A stretch of DNA of 64,000 nt from Chiloscyllium plagiosum (Eukaryota): positions 102,737,242-102,801,241 of the forward strand of contig NC_057713.1 of the NCBI RefSeq assembly GCF_004010195.1, written 5' to 3'. Shown here one piece after another: positions 63,630 to 64,000 of the stretch (positions are counted from its first letter, which is position 1; each line of letters opens with the position of its first letter). Position numbers and translations under genes: made by a program. Below the pieces are notes generated by a model. That model was not told where the DNA came from. It saw nothing but the letters and a program-made list of their open reading frames with translations, and did not search any database.

Positions 63630-64000
63630 AGGATAAGTTGGAAGTCCAAATTCTCAAGAATGATGTACGTCACAGAGAGAGAAAAAAAGAGACTACTGCT
63701 ATTATGAGAAGAGTAGATGGAACCAGAGAATAACACGCCCACTCAGTTTCTGAAGTGTCCTGGACAACTGCCATTTCCTGAACATCTCATGGGTGTCCCT
63801 TGAGCAGAAATTTCTATGAACGGTCAATTAATGCAGATTTGCAGTCAGGATAGCAATCAGATATTTAAGTGGAAATTAATCAGACCATCCATATTCTTAA
63901 TATGATTGTACATTTCACACAATGAACACAAATCTGTTACAAATTAACAGCCTATCATTCCATTAATGATTATTGGCAGTTATGAGCCTGTACAGGTTGA

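Overview
Vertebrate genomic DNA, almost certainly from a shark (inferred from HE1/V-SINE-type SINEs, HER1/CR1 LINEs and Penelope-type repeats), with one 638-bp assembly gap. The functional core (about 11.4-20.2 kb, + strand) is the 3' half of a T-cell receptor gamma locus. It has four J segments with 12-bp-spacer RSSs, a decayed fifth J, and a single constant gene with three exons (Ig-C1 domain, Cys-containing connecting peptide, TM/cytoplasmic exon with the TRGC-type YTLLLLKSVVY motif) and a polyA signal. No V segments are visible, so they presumably lie upstream of the window. J3 carries an in-frame germline stop at its 5' tip and J4 has an atypical LQFG motif. The locus sits in a visibly CpG-rich ~17-kb domain with candidate MYB/RUNX/E-box and ETS enhancer clusters 3' of C. 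The rest is mostly decayed transposons: CR1, Tx1/L1-clade, L2, Rex1, three SINE families, Penelope-type hairpins with minimal hammerhead ribozyme cores, a Tigger-like MITE, a fossil hAT transposase and a probable Harbinger relic. An isolated N-terminal EIF6 fragment, missed by the ORF track, lies at 45.7 kb. TE boundaries are approximate and family names come from recognition, not database searches.
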